Source of the DNA: Promethearchaeota archaeon
GTDB lineage: Archaea; Asgardarchaeota; Lokiarchaeia; Sigyniarchaeales; SOKP01
Length of the DNA: 25,202 bases
Assembly (NCBI GenBank): GCA_019058295.1
Contig: JAHPZI010000009.1
Coordinates: forward strand, 1 to 25,202
Reading direction: 5' to 3'
How positions within the stretch are numbered: the stretch's first letter is position 1; each line of letters starts with the position of its first letter. The translations under genes and the position numbers were made by a program. The notes under the pieces are model-generated. The model was not told the DNA's origin. It saw nothing but the letters and a program-made list of their open reading frames with translations, and made no database searches. Positions 1 to 9,384 of this stretch are shown here, piece by piece.

Positions 1-660
1 TGACATCCACGCCCACTCCTTTGAGGTGATGTTAAATCTCCAGAGGTCATTCAGCCACCCCCAAACACCTGATTCGGCGTAACCTTGTCCTCCGAATAAC
101 CATAAATTTCCGTCCTTATCCGTCCAAGAAACAGAATTCTGTCTAGCTCCCGGATAATTCGCCATATCAGGAACTCCCTTCGTGCCATAAACACCATATT
201 GATTTACGGTGTTACTCCCTGACATCCACGCCCACTCCTTTGAGGTGATGTTAAATCTCCAGAGGTCATTTAGATACCCAATACTACCCGTTTCGGGATA
301 ACCATTTCCTCCGAATAACCATAAATTTCCATCCATATCCGTCCAAGAAACAGAATCCCTTCTAGCTCCCGGATAATTCGCCATATCAGGATCTCCCTTC
401 GTGCCATATACGCCATTTTGATTTATGGTGTTATTCCCTGACATCCACGCCCATTCCTTTGAGGTGATGGTAAATCTCCAGAGGTCATTCAGCCGCCCAT
501 AACCACCTGATCCGTCATGCCCATTACCTCCGAATAACCAAAAATTTCCGTCCGTATCCGTCCAAGAAACAGGACCAGCTCTAGTTCCCGGAGATATATC
601 AGAAAAATATACACCATGTTCGCTTGTGGTTTTATTCCCTGACATCCACATCCAACCATA
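1..660. repeat. Intragenic tandem repeat, 219-bp period (units start at 1, 220, 439; next anchor at 640)
   Basis: TGACATCCAC recurs at 1, 220, 439 and 640. Units 1-219 and 220-438 differ at 25 of 219 positions by manual alignment. Confidence 0.95.
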
Positions 661-816
661 GGTCGCTCCATTAGAAGATGATGTGCTTAATGAGCCTGCT
701 TTCCTGGACCCTGCGGCGACATCAGCAGAGAAAGTTGTTGAGATGATTGATGCTGCAATTCCAATTAAGAATAGAATAAAAATTACTGCTATTTTTGTTT
801 TTAGCTTTTTTGTCAT
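1..816 (-). CDS. Secreted/membrane-anchored Kelch-type beta-propeller repeat protein (partial, runs off window start)
   Basis: Not in ORF track. Manual translation from ATG at 816: MTKKLKTKIAVIFILFLIGIAASIISTTFSA (signal/anchor), then ~73-aa repeats WAWMSG..N.NQ.GVYGTKG.PD.ANYPGAR..SVSWTD.DGNLWLFGG.G.......LNDLWRFN with the Kelch hallmarks hydrophobic-GG, NDLW and W. Open to position 1. Confidence 0.9.
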   Translation of the reverse strand, partial: MTKKLKTKIAVIFILFLIGIAASIISTTFSADVAAGSRKAGSLSTSSSNGATYGWMWMSGNKTTSEHGVYFSDISPGTRAGPVSWTDTDGNFWLFGGNGHDGSGGYGRLNDLWRFTITSKEWAWMSGNNTINQNGVYGTKGDPDMANYPGARRDSVSWTDMDGNLWLFGGNGYPETGSIGYLNDLWRFNITSKEWAWMSGSNTVNQYGVYGTKGVPDMANYPGARQNSVSWTDKDGNLWLFGGQGYAESGVWGWLNDLWRFNITSKEWAWMS

Positions 817-1250
817 TTTAGTCAGTTTATTTTCTTTTTAAATTAGATTTTTATTATTTGAGAAATAATTTATATGAATTGTTGAAGCTCCTTTATTAGA
901 TTGACATTACAATGATTTTTTTTTTCATATTTAAACTCGATAGGGACGATTTTTTACCAAAACTTCGGAAAAAGTTCATAGTAAATATACGGAATTTTTT
1001 AATTTTTATTTGTAATATCCATGGAGGGATTTAAAATCAACCACGTAGAAGGAAAAAATAATAATCTTCTTTTTGTTTTTATGTGTATTTAAACTAAACA
1101 TAATTTTTCACTTTCTGAATTATTATCAAATAATAAAATTATAATTTGACTTTTAAGTATAATCATTAAAGAATAGATCTCGTCTTTAAAAAGCATAAAA
1201 GATTATTTGAACTTTATAAACTTGCAAATGATTTATTGACATACTTTATC

Positions 1251-1292
1251 GAGAATAAGTATTATTCTCTGACGATACCTAATATTATTAGG
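1251..1292. promoter_or_regulatory. Two adjacent palindromes, possible transcription factor operators
   Basis: GAGAATAA-GTA-TTATTCTC (1251-1269) and CCTAATA-T-TATTAGG (1278-1292) in the divergent intergenic region. They are AT-rich, so chance is possible. Confidence 0.3.
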
Positions 1293-1486
1293 AAATCCGA
1301 ATTTGTCTCTTATTAAAAAAAGTATATTTTTCACATATATATGTCTTTATGTGCATTCTTCCCTGTCTCATTGCGAAATTTATTTCTGATTTTTCCTTAA
1401 AAATTAATATTTACAGTACGATTAATAATAATTAATTTATTTTGAATATATAAAGACCAATACGAAAAAGATGAAGAGGAATCATA

Positions 1487-2524
1487 ATGTTTTATGAAGA
1501 AAAATGTACTCTATGTGGGGAGTGCTTGATGCAATGTCCTTATTTAGCATACTCTGAGGATAAGGCAAAGGAGGAGTTTCAGAAATTAATAAATGGCGAG
1601 CCCAGTCCGGTTACCTCAGACTGTATTACGTGTGTTGCTTGTAATATGATCTGTCCTGAGGGAGCAAATCCGTTTGATTTAATTAATATAAGGCAAGAAG
1701 AAACGGGAACTTTTCAATTTGGCAAGAGATTTTTAAAGATGTTTGATATGGGTACAAAAATGCCTTCAAAGATTATAAAGGGTGAGCCAGATAAGCCTGT
1801 TATGAGCCTTTGCTTATTTGGAGATATGTTACCGGGAGTTTTTGAAGGACAACTTTATGATGGATCGACTTTTCTTAAAGGCGGAGATTACTTTTGTTGG
1901 ATCGGAATGGTTCATTCGGGGAGACCTAGTTTGGTAAATAAACAAAACATTCAAACCTTTGTAGATAATTTAGCATCGTCATCGTCAGGGGCCGAAGAGA
2001 TAATTCTCATTCATGACGATTGTTATGCAACCTTAACAAATAAAGTTAAAGAATTCGATATTAGTGTTCCATTTAAACCGATTCATATCATAGAATACTT
2101 AAGAGATTATGTGAAGGCGCACCAAGATCAAATAAATAAACTTAACATTAAGGTTGCCTATCAACAGCCATGCGCTTCAAGATATACCTTCGAGAAAGAT
2201 AAAATCCTTGATGAATTATTCGAATTGATTGGGGCTGATAGAGTTAAGAGAAAATATGATAAAGAACACGCCCTATGCTGTGGGGGAATCCAAGCTGCGA
2301 TGGAAAATGTCTCAACAGAAGAAGAAAACAAGTGGAGGATGAAAAACATAATGGATGCGAAAGAAGCAGGAGCTGAAGCATATGTGTTTCTTTGTCCACT
2401 ATGTATCATGGGAAATAGGGGGAGAGCAAAAGCGGAAGGAATGGAGCCCTATATCTTGAGTAATCTTGTGCGTGTAGCGTTAGGTGAAGAACTCACACAT
2501 GGAGGAGCAGGAAAGAAATTATAA
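1487..2524 (+). CDS. Fe-S oxidoreductase, HdrD/GlpC-like (two 4Fe-4S motifs plus CCG domains)
   Basis: CTLCGECLMQCP and CITCVACNMICP ferredoxin motifs; YQQPC, CCGG and CPLC CCG-domain motifs; SD GAGGA upstream. Confidence 0.85.
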   Translation: MFYEEKCTLCGECLMQCPYLAYSEDKAKEEFQKLINGEPSPVTSDCITCVACNMICPEGANPFDLINIRQEETGTFQFGKRFLKMFDMGTKMPSKIIKGEPDKPVMSLCLFGDMLPGVFEGQLYDGSTFLKGGDYFCWIGMVHSGRPSLVNKQNIQTFVDNLASSSSGAEEIILIHDDCYATLTNKVKEFDISVPFKPIHIIEYLRDYVKAHQDQINKLNIKVAYQQPCASRYTFEKDKILDELFELIGADRVKRKYDKEHALCCGGIQAAMENVSTEEENKWRMKNIMDAKEAGAEAYVFLCPLCIMGNRGRAKAEGMEPYILSNLVRVALGEELTHGGAGKKL

Positions 2525-2576
2525 CTAAAATTTTCTATTTTTTTATATTTTATTCCTTTTTTAAATTAAAAAAAAA

Positions 2577-3113
2577 TTATTTGTTTTCCTTTAATTCTGC
2601 TAAAAGTTGCTTTTCCAAACCTCCAATTTTAAGCAAATTCAGTAGAATAGGATGGATTTTTTTACCTTTTAGTGTTTTCCCTGTTCTTAAATTTGTAATT
2701 TCAGCGTTAGGTATGTTAATCTCTATTTCATCTCCCGTTTGGAATTCTTTTGAAACTTCATTCACTTCTAAAACAGGAAGTGCCCGAGCAAGAGAAGATC
2801 TGTAAAAAATTCTAGCAAAAGACTCCGCAACAATCGCGACGATTCCTTTCTCTTGAAGTATTGCAGGGGCTGTTTCTCTACTTGAACCACAGCCAAAATT
2901 TCTTCCCGCAACAATTATATCCCCGTCTTGAACTTTACTTGGAAATTCTTTAATAACAGACTCACAAGTATGGTCCAACATTTCTTGTAAATTTTCCAAA
3001 TATCGACTGGGTGAAATTACATCTGTATCTACATTATCCGGGAAAACCCAAACTTTCCCTTTTATATTTTCTTTATATTCTCCACTTCCTTTACCACCTA
3101 ATAATGCTGCCAT
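2577..3113 (-). CDS. leuD: 3-isopropylmalate dehydratase/homoaconitase family small subunit
   Basis: DNVDTDVISP, GRNFGCGSSRE, AESFARIFYR motifs; SD GGAGGTGA. LeuD vs HacB substrate specificity is not resolved. Confidence 0.88.
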   Translation of the reverse strand: MAALLGGKGSGEYKENIKGKVWVFPDNVDTDVISPSRYLENLQEMLDHTCESVIKEFPSKVQDGDIIVAGRNFGCGSSRETAPAILQEKGIVAIVAESFARIFYRSSLARALPVLEVNEVSKEFQTGDEIEINIPNAEITNLRTGKTLKGKKIHPILLNLLKIGGLEKQLLAELKENK

Positions 3114-3124
3114 TTAATCACCTC

Positions 3125-4393
3125 CTAAAAATCCCTCGGATCGGTAATTTCTCCTTTTAAAGCTGAAGCTGCGACAGTAGCAGGAGAACCTAAATAAACT
3201 TCTGCCGCAGCACTTCCCATACGGCCTTGAAAATTTCTATTAGAACTAGAAATACATTTCTCACCTGAAGCAAGCATCCCTCCAAGAGCACCAAAACAAG
3301 CACCACAACTCGGATTAGTAATGACAGCACCCGCATTAATTAACGTCTCAGAAACTCCAGATTTGGCGGCTTTAATCCAAATCTCTTGGGAAGCCGGAGT
3401 CACTATCATTCGAACATGGTTAGGAATTCTCTTTCCTTCTAAAATTTTAGCGGCTATTTCTAAATCTTCGAGTCGACCATTCGTACAGGACCCTAAAAAT
3501 GCTTGGTTGATTTTGGTTCCGACAACTTCTGAAATAGGTTTTACATTATCCACAGTATGGGGACAAGAAATTTGAGGTTCTAAATTACTCACATCTATTT
3601 CATAAGTTTTTTCATATACTGCATCGGGATCAGGTTTAACCAATTCAATAGGTTCGGTGGTTCTTTCTTTAACCCAATCTACTACTTTTTGATCAGGAAC
3701 TCCAAAAGCAAACTTCGCACCCAATTCAAGAGCAAAATTAGACATTGTCATCCTTGAGGCGATGCTTAGGTTTTCCATCGTGTCGCCGGTAAATTCAATA
3801 GCTTTATAGGTTGCCACTTCAGCAGTATGATCTCCCGCTATTTTGATAATTATATCCTTGCTCATTACGCTCTGCGGCAATTTTCCTGTAATTTTAAACT
3901 GTATTGTATGAGGCACTCTAAACCATAATTCTCCTTTAACATATGCATAAAAGAGATCTGTATTCCCAAGACCACAACTTGCAGCATTAAAAGCACCATA
4001 AGTAGTAGTATGACTATCCCCTCCAACTATTAACATTCCTGGCCTTACATGTCCTTGTTCAGGTAACACTTGATGACAAATTCCTTCCTTAATATCATAA
4101 AAATCTTTGATTCCTTGCTTTTTAACGAAGTTTCGAATAAGATCATGAACCGAAGCCCATCTCTCAGATGGAGCTGGATTATAATGATCAAAAATTACAA
4201 CGATTTTATTTGGATCGAAGACCTTGCGTATTTTAGAAGGTCTTATTTTTCTAAAATCTAAAACTACTTTACCCGTCCCTATATGGCTCATTACTAAATC
4301 AAGCTTCGCAATAATGATATCATCCGGTTTAATATCGCTCCCGGAAAGAGAATGATTTGCTAATATTTTTTCAGCAATTGTTTGACCACTCAT
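3125..4393 (-). CDS. leuC: 3-isopropylmalate dehydratase/homoaconitase family large subunit
   Basis: GQTIAEKI, GICHQV, DSHTTTYGA, GSCTNGR, CGACFG, SNRNFQGRMG aconitase-family motifs; operon with the small subunit. Confidence 0.9.
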   Translation of the reverse strand: MSGQTIAEKILANHSLSGSDIKPDDIIIAKLDLVMSHIGTGKVVLDFRKIRPSKIRKVFDPNKIVVIFDHYNPAPSERWASVHDLIRNFVKKQGIKDFYDIKEGICHQVLPEQGHVRPGMLIVGGDSHTTTYGAFNAASCGLGNTDLFYAYVKGELWFRVPHTIQFKITGKLPQSVMSKDIIIKIAGDHTAEVATYKAIEFTGDTMENLSIASRMTMSNFALELGAKFAFGVPDQKVVDWVKERTTEPIELVKPDPDAVYEKTYEIDVSNLEPQISCPHTVDNVKPISEVVGTKINQAFLGSCTNGRLEDLEIAAKILEGKRIPNHVRMIVTPASQEIWIKAAKSGVSETLINAGAVITNPSCGACFGALGGMLASGEKCISSSNRNFQGRMGSAAAEVYLGSPATVAASALKGEITDPRDF

Positions 4394-4543
4394 TTAATTC
4401 CCTCGAAAAAAATTATTTAAGATAATTTTAGATCAAATTTTAATTTAAAAGATTTCAATTAAAAAAATATATGAACACAAACATATTTTTTGATTGCATT
4501 CTTATATTATAATATGATAATTTTAATCAATTTAGGTTAAAAT

Positions 4544-5212
4544 ATGTCAAATAATCCTGAATCCGAAAAAATGTCTGAACTAAATAAATTAGAAATAAAT
4601 AATAAGGCAAAAGCTATTATTTTCAAGTCAATGGAGCAAATACTAAATAATCTTAAAGATAATATGGACCATGTTGCTCGACCAAAATATTTCAAGCATA
4701 CACAAAAATTCATTAATATAGTATATGACGGTTTAAAGAATAAAAGGAGATTTTTTTTGTTAGCTTCTGGAAGGAGCGGGATGATCTTACAATGTTTTGC
4801 AACACGTTTGGTCCATTTAGGTGCAAGGGTATATATGATCACTAATTTAGCAAGTCTACCCCCATTAAGGAGAAAGGATATCTTAATAGTATTATCTGGA
4901 TCTGGTACTACGAATATAGTCGTAAGTCTACTCGAGACCTATGTAAATACTATAAAACCCTATGCAATTGTTGCCATTACATCTCATCCTGATACTATTA
5001 TAGGACGAATTGGGGATATAACAATAAAATTAATAGGCCGAACTAAAAAGGATAGTGATACTGTAGCCGCTGATACCGCAATTTTAACTCCAGAAGGAAC
5101 TCAATTTGAAATAGCAGCATTCGTCTATTTAGACGCAATCATAGCTGAATTGGCAGTAAAATTAGGAAAAACTAATGTTGATTTACTAAAGGGGCATTCT
5201 GAAACAGTTTAA
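4544..5212 (+). CDS. hxlB: SIS-domain 6-phospho-3-hexuloisomerase family protein
   Basis: SGRSG, FATRLVHLG, LSGSGTT and PEGTQFE motifs typical of PHI/HxlB. Confidence 0.75.
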   Translation: MSNNPESEKMSELNKLEINNKAKAIIFKSMEQILNNLKDNMDHVARPKYFKHTQKFINIVYDGLKNKRRFFLLASGRSGMILQCFATRLVHLGARVYMITNLASLPPLRRKDILIVLSGSGTTNIVVSLLETYVNTIKPYAIVAITSHPDTIIGRIGDITIKLIGRTKKDSDTVAADTAILTPEGTQFEIAAFVYLDAIIAELAVKLGKTNVDLLKGHSETV

Positions 5213-5260
5213 TTGAAAATACAAGGAAATTTTACTTGGATTTTCAACTTTTTTTATTTT
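5213..5260 (+). terminator. Hairpin plus T-tract after hxlB
   Basis: TTGAAAAT-A-CAAG...CTTG-G-ATTTTCAA immediately followed by a T-rich tract. Confidence 0.5.
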
Positions 5261-5314
5261 AAAAATTATTAATAATACCCTAAAAGTTAATTATGCCAAA
5301 TTCTATACTTATAT

Positions 5315-5388
5315 TGTGCCCATTTTATAGTGTTTCTATGAGGCTAATTTTAAATTACTGCTATGAATAGAAATCTCCAATGGGCACA
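5315..5388. other. Long imperfect stem-loop between convergent hxlB and PanK
   Basis: TGTGCCCATT (5315-5324)/AATGGGCACA (5379-5388) enclosing TTTCTAT (5333-5339)/ATAGAAA (5367-5373). Confidence 0.55.
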
Positions 5389-5391
5389 CAT

Positions 5392-6276
5392 TTATATAAG
5401 AAGGGCTCCAATAGCCCCACAGAATTCCGAATTTTTTAAAAAAATCGCTTTTTTATTGTGAGATCTACAGAGCAAGGATAATATATTTTTTAAAACCTTG
5501 TTGTTCCTAAGAAATCCTCCACAAAATATCAGATTATTAATCTCATTGTTTTCTGCCATTTGACAAGCAATTATTCCAACATTTTCACCGATTATACATA
5601 TTAAGGAATTTATAATATCTTCTTTCTGAACTGAATTCATAGGAAAATTATCGTTAATTTTCCCAAACGACGCAGCAGTGAATTCTCTAAAAATCGAGTT
5701 AACCCGATCGTCTTCCGGTTCGTAAATATCTGATACTTTTAAATCAACATTATATCTATCTCCTTTTGTTGATATTTTCATCGCTTCCTGGAAATCATTA
5801 AAGTTAAATAGCAATTTAATTAATCCAATAAATAGGCCTCCTCCAAGTGCGGTTCCTCCTAAATGCTTAATCGATTTTTTTTTCAAGATTATGGAGGTTC
5901 CCGTCCCTATAGTAATTATTAAAGAATCTGGTACATCTTTTTCTTTATCTAGCAAGTAAAGAGTTTCTATTCCTTTAAAATTTGCTTGAAATTCGTTATA
6001 TAAGTTTGTCTCTACTTCTTTTGAATATTTATTATATAAATTGAAAGCTTTACCACCAGTAAAATTAAAGTTTTTATAAAATCCTTTTTTTGAATCTAAA
6101 AACTCAATAATTTCTTCGAAATTTGGTTTAGTTACCATTAAATTAAGAACTAAATTATCACCTTCGAGATAAACAATTTTAGTTAAGCTTTGTCCTATAT
6201 CAATTCCAATTGTATTTAACGGAAATTTAATTTTCGATTGATTAATTTGAATCTTTATTAGATTATTTTTAGAGAT
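5392..6276 (-). CDS. Type II (Fumble/CoaW-like) pantothenate kinase; real start lies upstream of the ATG at 6138, probably non-canonical ATC
   Basis: IGTGTS, GGTALGGG, GDRYNVDLKVSDIY, TAASFGK, FCGGFL, FCGAIGA motifs. The phosphate-1 motif IGIDIGQSLTK is in frame upstream of ATG 6138, and the frame is open to just past 6276. Exact start is uncertain. Confidence 0.8.
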   Translation of the reverse strand: MSKNNLIKIQINQSKIKFPLNTIGIDIGQSLTKIVYLEGDNLVLNLMVTKPNFEEIIEFLDSKKGFYKNFNFTGGKAFNLYNKYSKEVETNLYNEFQANFKGIETLYLLDKEKDVPDSLIITIGTGTSIILKKKSIKHLGGTALGGGLFIGLIKLLFNFNDFQEAMKISTKGDRYNVDLKVSDIYEPEDDRVNSIFREFTAASFGKINDNFPMNSVQKEDIINSLICIIGENVGIIACQMAENNEINNLIFCGGFLRNNKVLKNILSLLCRSHNKKAIFLKNSEFCGAIGALLI

Positions 6277-6374
6277 TTTTTACCACTTCGCTAAAGGTTT
6301 AATTGAAAAATCTATTATAATATTATAAAATGGTTTTGAAATTATAAATTAATTCTCTCAGATTAATTCTTAAA

Positions 6375-7784
6375 ATGGATCTAATAGACTCTGAACCCGT
6401 TGAAGTTGCTATAGTCAAAGGCGAGACTCCTAAGGAAAATCTTTTAAATGGAATTGAAAAACTCGGAGGAATTTCTAAATATATTAATAATGGGGATCAA
6501 GTATTTATCAAATTTAATTTAACCCTACCATGTGGTTTTCCAACAAATACCAATTTTGATGTAATTGAAACAATTGTCAAAGCATGTAAGAAAGCAGGAG
6601 CTAAAAAAGTCTATCTTGGCAGCTTTCCATTCAAAGGTGTCACAATAAAAGCAATATCGGATATATTAGGGCTTAAAAAATATTTTGAGAGTGTTGAGGG
6701 GGAATTAGCGTTTTTAGATAACAGTAATTATTTCTATATGAAAGGATTTGATTCTAAAAAATTAAAAGTTATAAAAAATCGGTCTTTTTCGAAAGTAGAA
6801 GTAAATAATAAGACATTTATAGTACCCAAAGTAATTCTGGATTCAGATAAATTTATCTCAGTGAATCAGGTAAATGTTGATCCATTATTCAAATTAAGAT
6901 TATCTTTACTCAGTTCTTATTCAATTATTCCAAACAGATTTCAAGAAATATTAAAGAAAGGAGAAAATTTTCAATCAAACGATCAGTACAAACAAGATTT
7001 AATTTCAAACATTATTGATGTTTTTAGTATAAAAAAACCAAATTTAGTGATTAATGATCTTTTTTATGTTTTAGAAAATGCTGGCCCGTTTATTTATAAG
7101 GATTCAAATTTAACTAAGACAGGAATAATGGTCCTTGGAAATGATGCTGTTGCTGTAGACGCAGTTACCTCAAAAATAATGAATCTCGATATAAAAAAAT
7201 CCGATCTGATTTTGAAAGCTGAAGAAAAAGGTTTAGGTCTCGCTGATCTTTCAAAGATTAAAATTATCGGAGAAAATATTAAAAATATTGATTTAATAAT
7301 CAAAAAGTGTGCAAAGAAGCTTGACGAGATTAAATTACAAAATTTTTCAATTAAAACAGGTAATTTATGTTCGGGGTGCTTTAAACAAGCTTACCATTTG
7401 TTAAATCTTATGAAAACTAATATGACAAAGGATTTAAAATACATTACTCCTAATAACTCGTTTTTAATAGGAGATGACCCTCCAGATCCTAATAATATAA
7501 GTAAAGATAATATAATCCTTTTTGGAGATTGCGCTATAAGTAGTACAAGAAAAAAGAAATTCAAAGTAATCATAAAAGAATCTAAGAAGAAAAGAAAATA
7601 TAAAGCAAATAAGAAGTTATTAAAGTTATCCGGGTGTCCGCCAGATATTTTCAAATGCATTAAATTGTTATTAAACTTTTACGGAAAAAGAGACTTACCA
7701 ATGCTTAACTTATATTCTGAGACAGTTGCCTCTTATACTCCTGAAAAAATAACTAAAAAATTAAGAATATGGGAGGTAGGATAA
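6375..7784 (+). CDS. DUF362-family Fe-S protein with C-terminal Cys-rich domain
   Basis: LGGI...GDQVFIKFNL start, DAVAVD motif, C-terminal CSGC..GDC..GCPP. Confidence 0.75.
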   Translation: MDLIDSEPVEVAIVKGETPKENLLNGIEKLGGISKYINNGDQVFIKFNLTLPCGFPTNTNFDVIETIVKACKKAGAKKVYLGSFPFKGVTIKAISDILGLKKYFESVEGELAFLDNSNYFYMKGFDSKKLKVIKNRSFSKVEVNNKTFIVPKVILDSDKFISVNQVNVDPLFKLRLSLLSSYSIIPNRFQEILKKGENFQSNDQYKQDLISNIIDVFSIKKPNLVINDLFYVLENAGPFIYKDSNLTKTGIMVLGNDAVAVDAVTSKIMNLDIKKSDLILKAEEKGLGLADLSKIKIIGENIKNIDLIIKKCAKKLDEIKLQNFSIKTGNLCSGCFKQAYHLLNLMKTNMTKDLKYITPNNSFLIGDDPPDPNNISKDNIILFGDCAISSTRKKKFKVIIKESKKKRKYKANKKLLKLSGCPPDIFKCIKLLLNFYGKRDLPMLNLYSETVASYTPEKITKKLRIWEVG

Positions 7785-7817
7785 CTGATAATTAACGATA
7801 ATTTCAAGGATAACTGG

Positions 7818-9356
7818 TTGAAAATTTTAAAGTATAATTCTAATATAGAACTTTTTGAAGAATCTAAAGAATTAAAAGAGAGAGTTCGAATTCCATTATC
7901 ACCCATTGAAACTGATGGGAATATTGTATATTATCTTTTTGAACTCTTATATCCGATATTCATTAACGATCAACAGAATATTCTTGATATTGTTATTTCT
8001 GACAATGAAGATGAGATTTTAAAGTTAATATTATACGAAACAAAAAAAGCGGGAGTACACGAATCTTTTCAAATATTACAAAAAGATTTGATTAAGATTA
8101 AAAATATTGACTTAGACAATTTAAATGATTTTTTTAATGTTGCTCAATCAGTATTAATGAAAAAAAATAACATAAGAATCTCATCGCTAAGAATATTCAA
8201 GAATAAGGCTATTGAATATATAAATAATTTTTGTAAAGGTTTAGAAGATCTTAATTTCTATGAATTTGTACAGCACTTTCTTGATTTAATACATACAATT
8301 TTCGAACAGAAGATATTTTATATTTATCCAGAGCCTAATATTTATAAATTCCTAAAAAAATTAATTCTATCTTTAAATGGAATAAAATTAAATAATTTGT
8401 TTGAGTTTTTAGAAGAAAATTTGGCACCATTTAATGTTTCAATTATTCTTAACTCAGAGAAATTAATTCTAATCCTAAAAATCCAAAAAATAAAATCTGG
8501 TTCAGATCTAACTTTTAAATTATACACACCCAGAAATTTAGGCATCAATGTTAATGGAATAAGCAAAAAAAGACTTATGAACCTAATTAAAATCAAATTA
8601 AAAGCTGAAAAAGTGTATTTTTTCAATCAAAAACACTTAATTTCTTTATTATCATATATTTTTGAGTTAGAATTTCCCTTAAAAATAGAAAATCTGAAAT
8701 TTATTCTTCAAAAAGTTTTATTTGGATTTCGAAGCTTTGAGAATCATTGGGATATGGTTCCTCAACCAAAAATCTATAACCCTTTAAGAAGATTCTTAAT
8801 CAGACTTTTTGGGATTAATCTAAATCTTAAAAAGATATCACATTGGGCGATTCCAGAGTTAATCTATAGTTCTATCAATTCCAATTTTGGTTTAAATTCC
8901 AAAAGCCTTCTTATATTAACTAACATCTCTAAATATAAAAATGGGAAGCTAAGGGAATTAGATTCTCTGAATAAAGCTTTTAGAAACGCATTATTAATTG
9001 AAATAGAGAACAGTAGAATAATAAAGATAATATCTATTAAGAGAAATGAACTTTTTATCAATGGAACACCCAATAATTTACAAACAATAAAATTACAAAT
9101 TTCAGAAAAATTTGGATTTATATCATCTGTAATAAAAATAGACAGCTTATTAATAAATGAAATTATAAATAAATCCGTTTCAACCTTTTCTAAATTTAAA
9201 CCTTTTTCAAAATTAAAAGTAATTAAAATGTTTAAAAATAAAAATCTCTTTAGTATTTATCCCGAAATACCCCCCTATAAATTGATGATGGGCAAAAGAA
9301 TAAAATCTCTCACTAAATTGATTTTAAGAGTTTTTATTGATAAACATGAATTCTGA
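7818..9356 (+). CDS. Hypothetical protein (512 aa), probably co-transcribed with DUF362 gene
   Basis: Long ORF in very AT-rich DNA; no motif recognised; TTG start. Confidence 0.75.
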   Translation: MKILKYNSNIELFEESKELKERVRIPLSPIETDGNIVYYLFELLYPIFINDQQNILDIVISDNEDEILKLILYETKKAGVHESFQILQKDLIKIKNIDLDNLNDFFNVAQSVLMKKNNIRISSLRIFKNKAIEYINNFCKGLEDLNFYEFVQHFLDLIHTIFEQKIFYIYPEPNIYKFLKKLILSLNGIKLNNLFEFLEENLAPFNVSIILNSEKLILILKIQKIKSGSDLTFKLYTPRNLGINVNGISKKRLMNLIKIKLKAEKVYFFNQKHLISLLSYIFELEFPLKIENLKFILQKVLFGFRSFENHWDMVPQPKIYNPLRRFLIRLFGINLNLKKISHWAIPELIYSSINSNFGLNSKSLLILTNISKYKNGKLRELDSLNKAFRNALLIEIENSRIIKIISIKRNELFINGTPNNLQTIKLQISEKFGFISSVIKIDSLLINEIINKSVSTFSKFKPFSKLKVIKMFKNKNLFSIYPEIPPYKLMMGKRIKSLTKLILRVFIDKHEF

Positions 9357-9384
9357 TTACAATATAAAAATAAAAAAAAGGAGT

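Noticed and set aside
1-660. CRISPR array or DGR template/variable repeat
   Set aside because: The period is 219 bp and in frame with a protein, there are no unique spacers, differences are not adenine-specific, and no reverse transcriptase or cas gene is in the window.
489-671. 60-aa ORF from the track
   Set aside because: Alternate-frame shadow of the Kelch CDS on the same strand.
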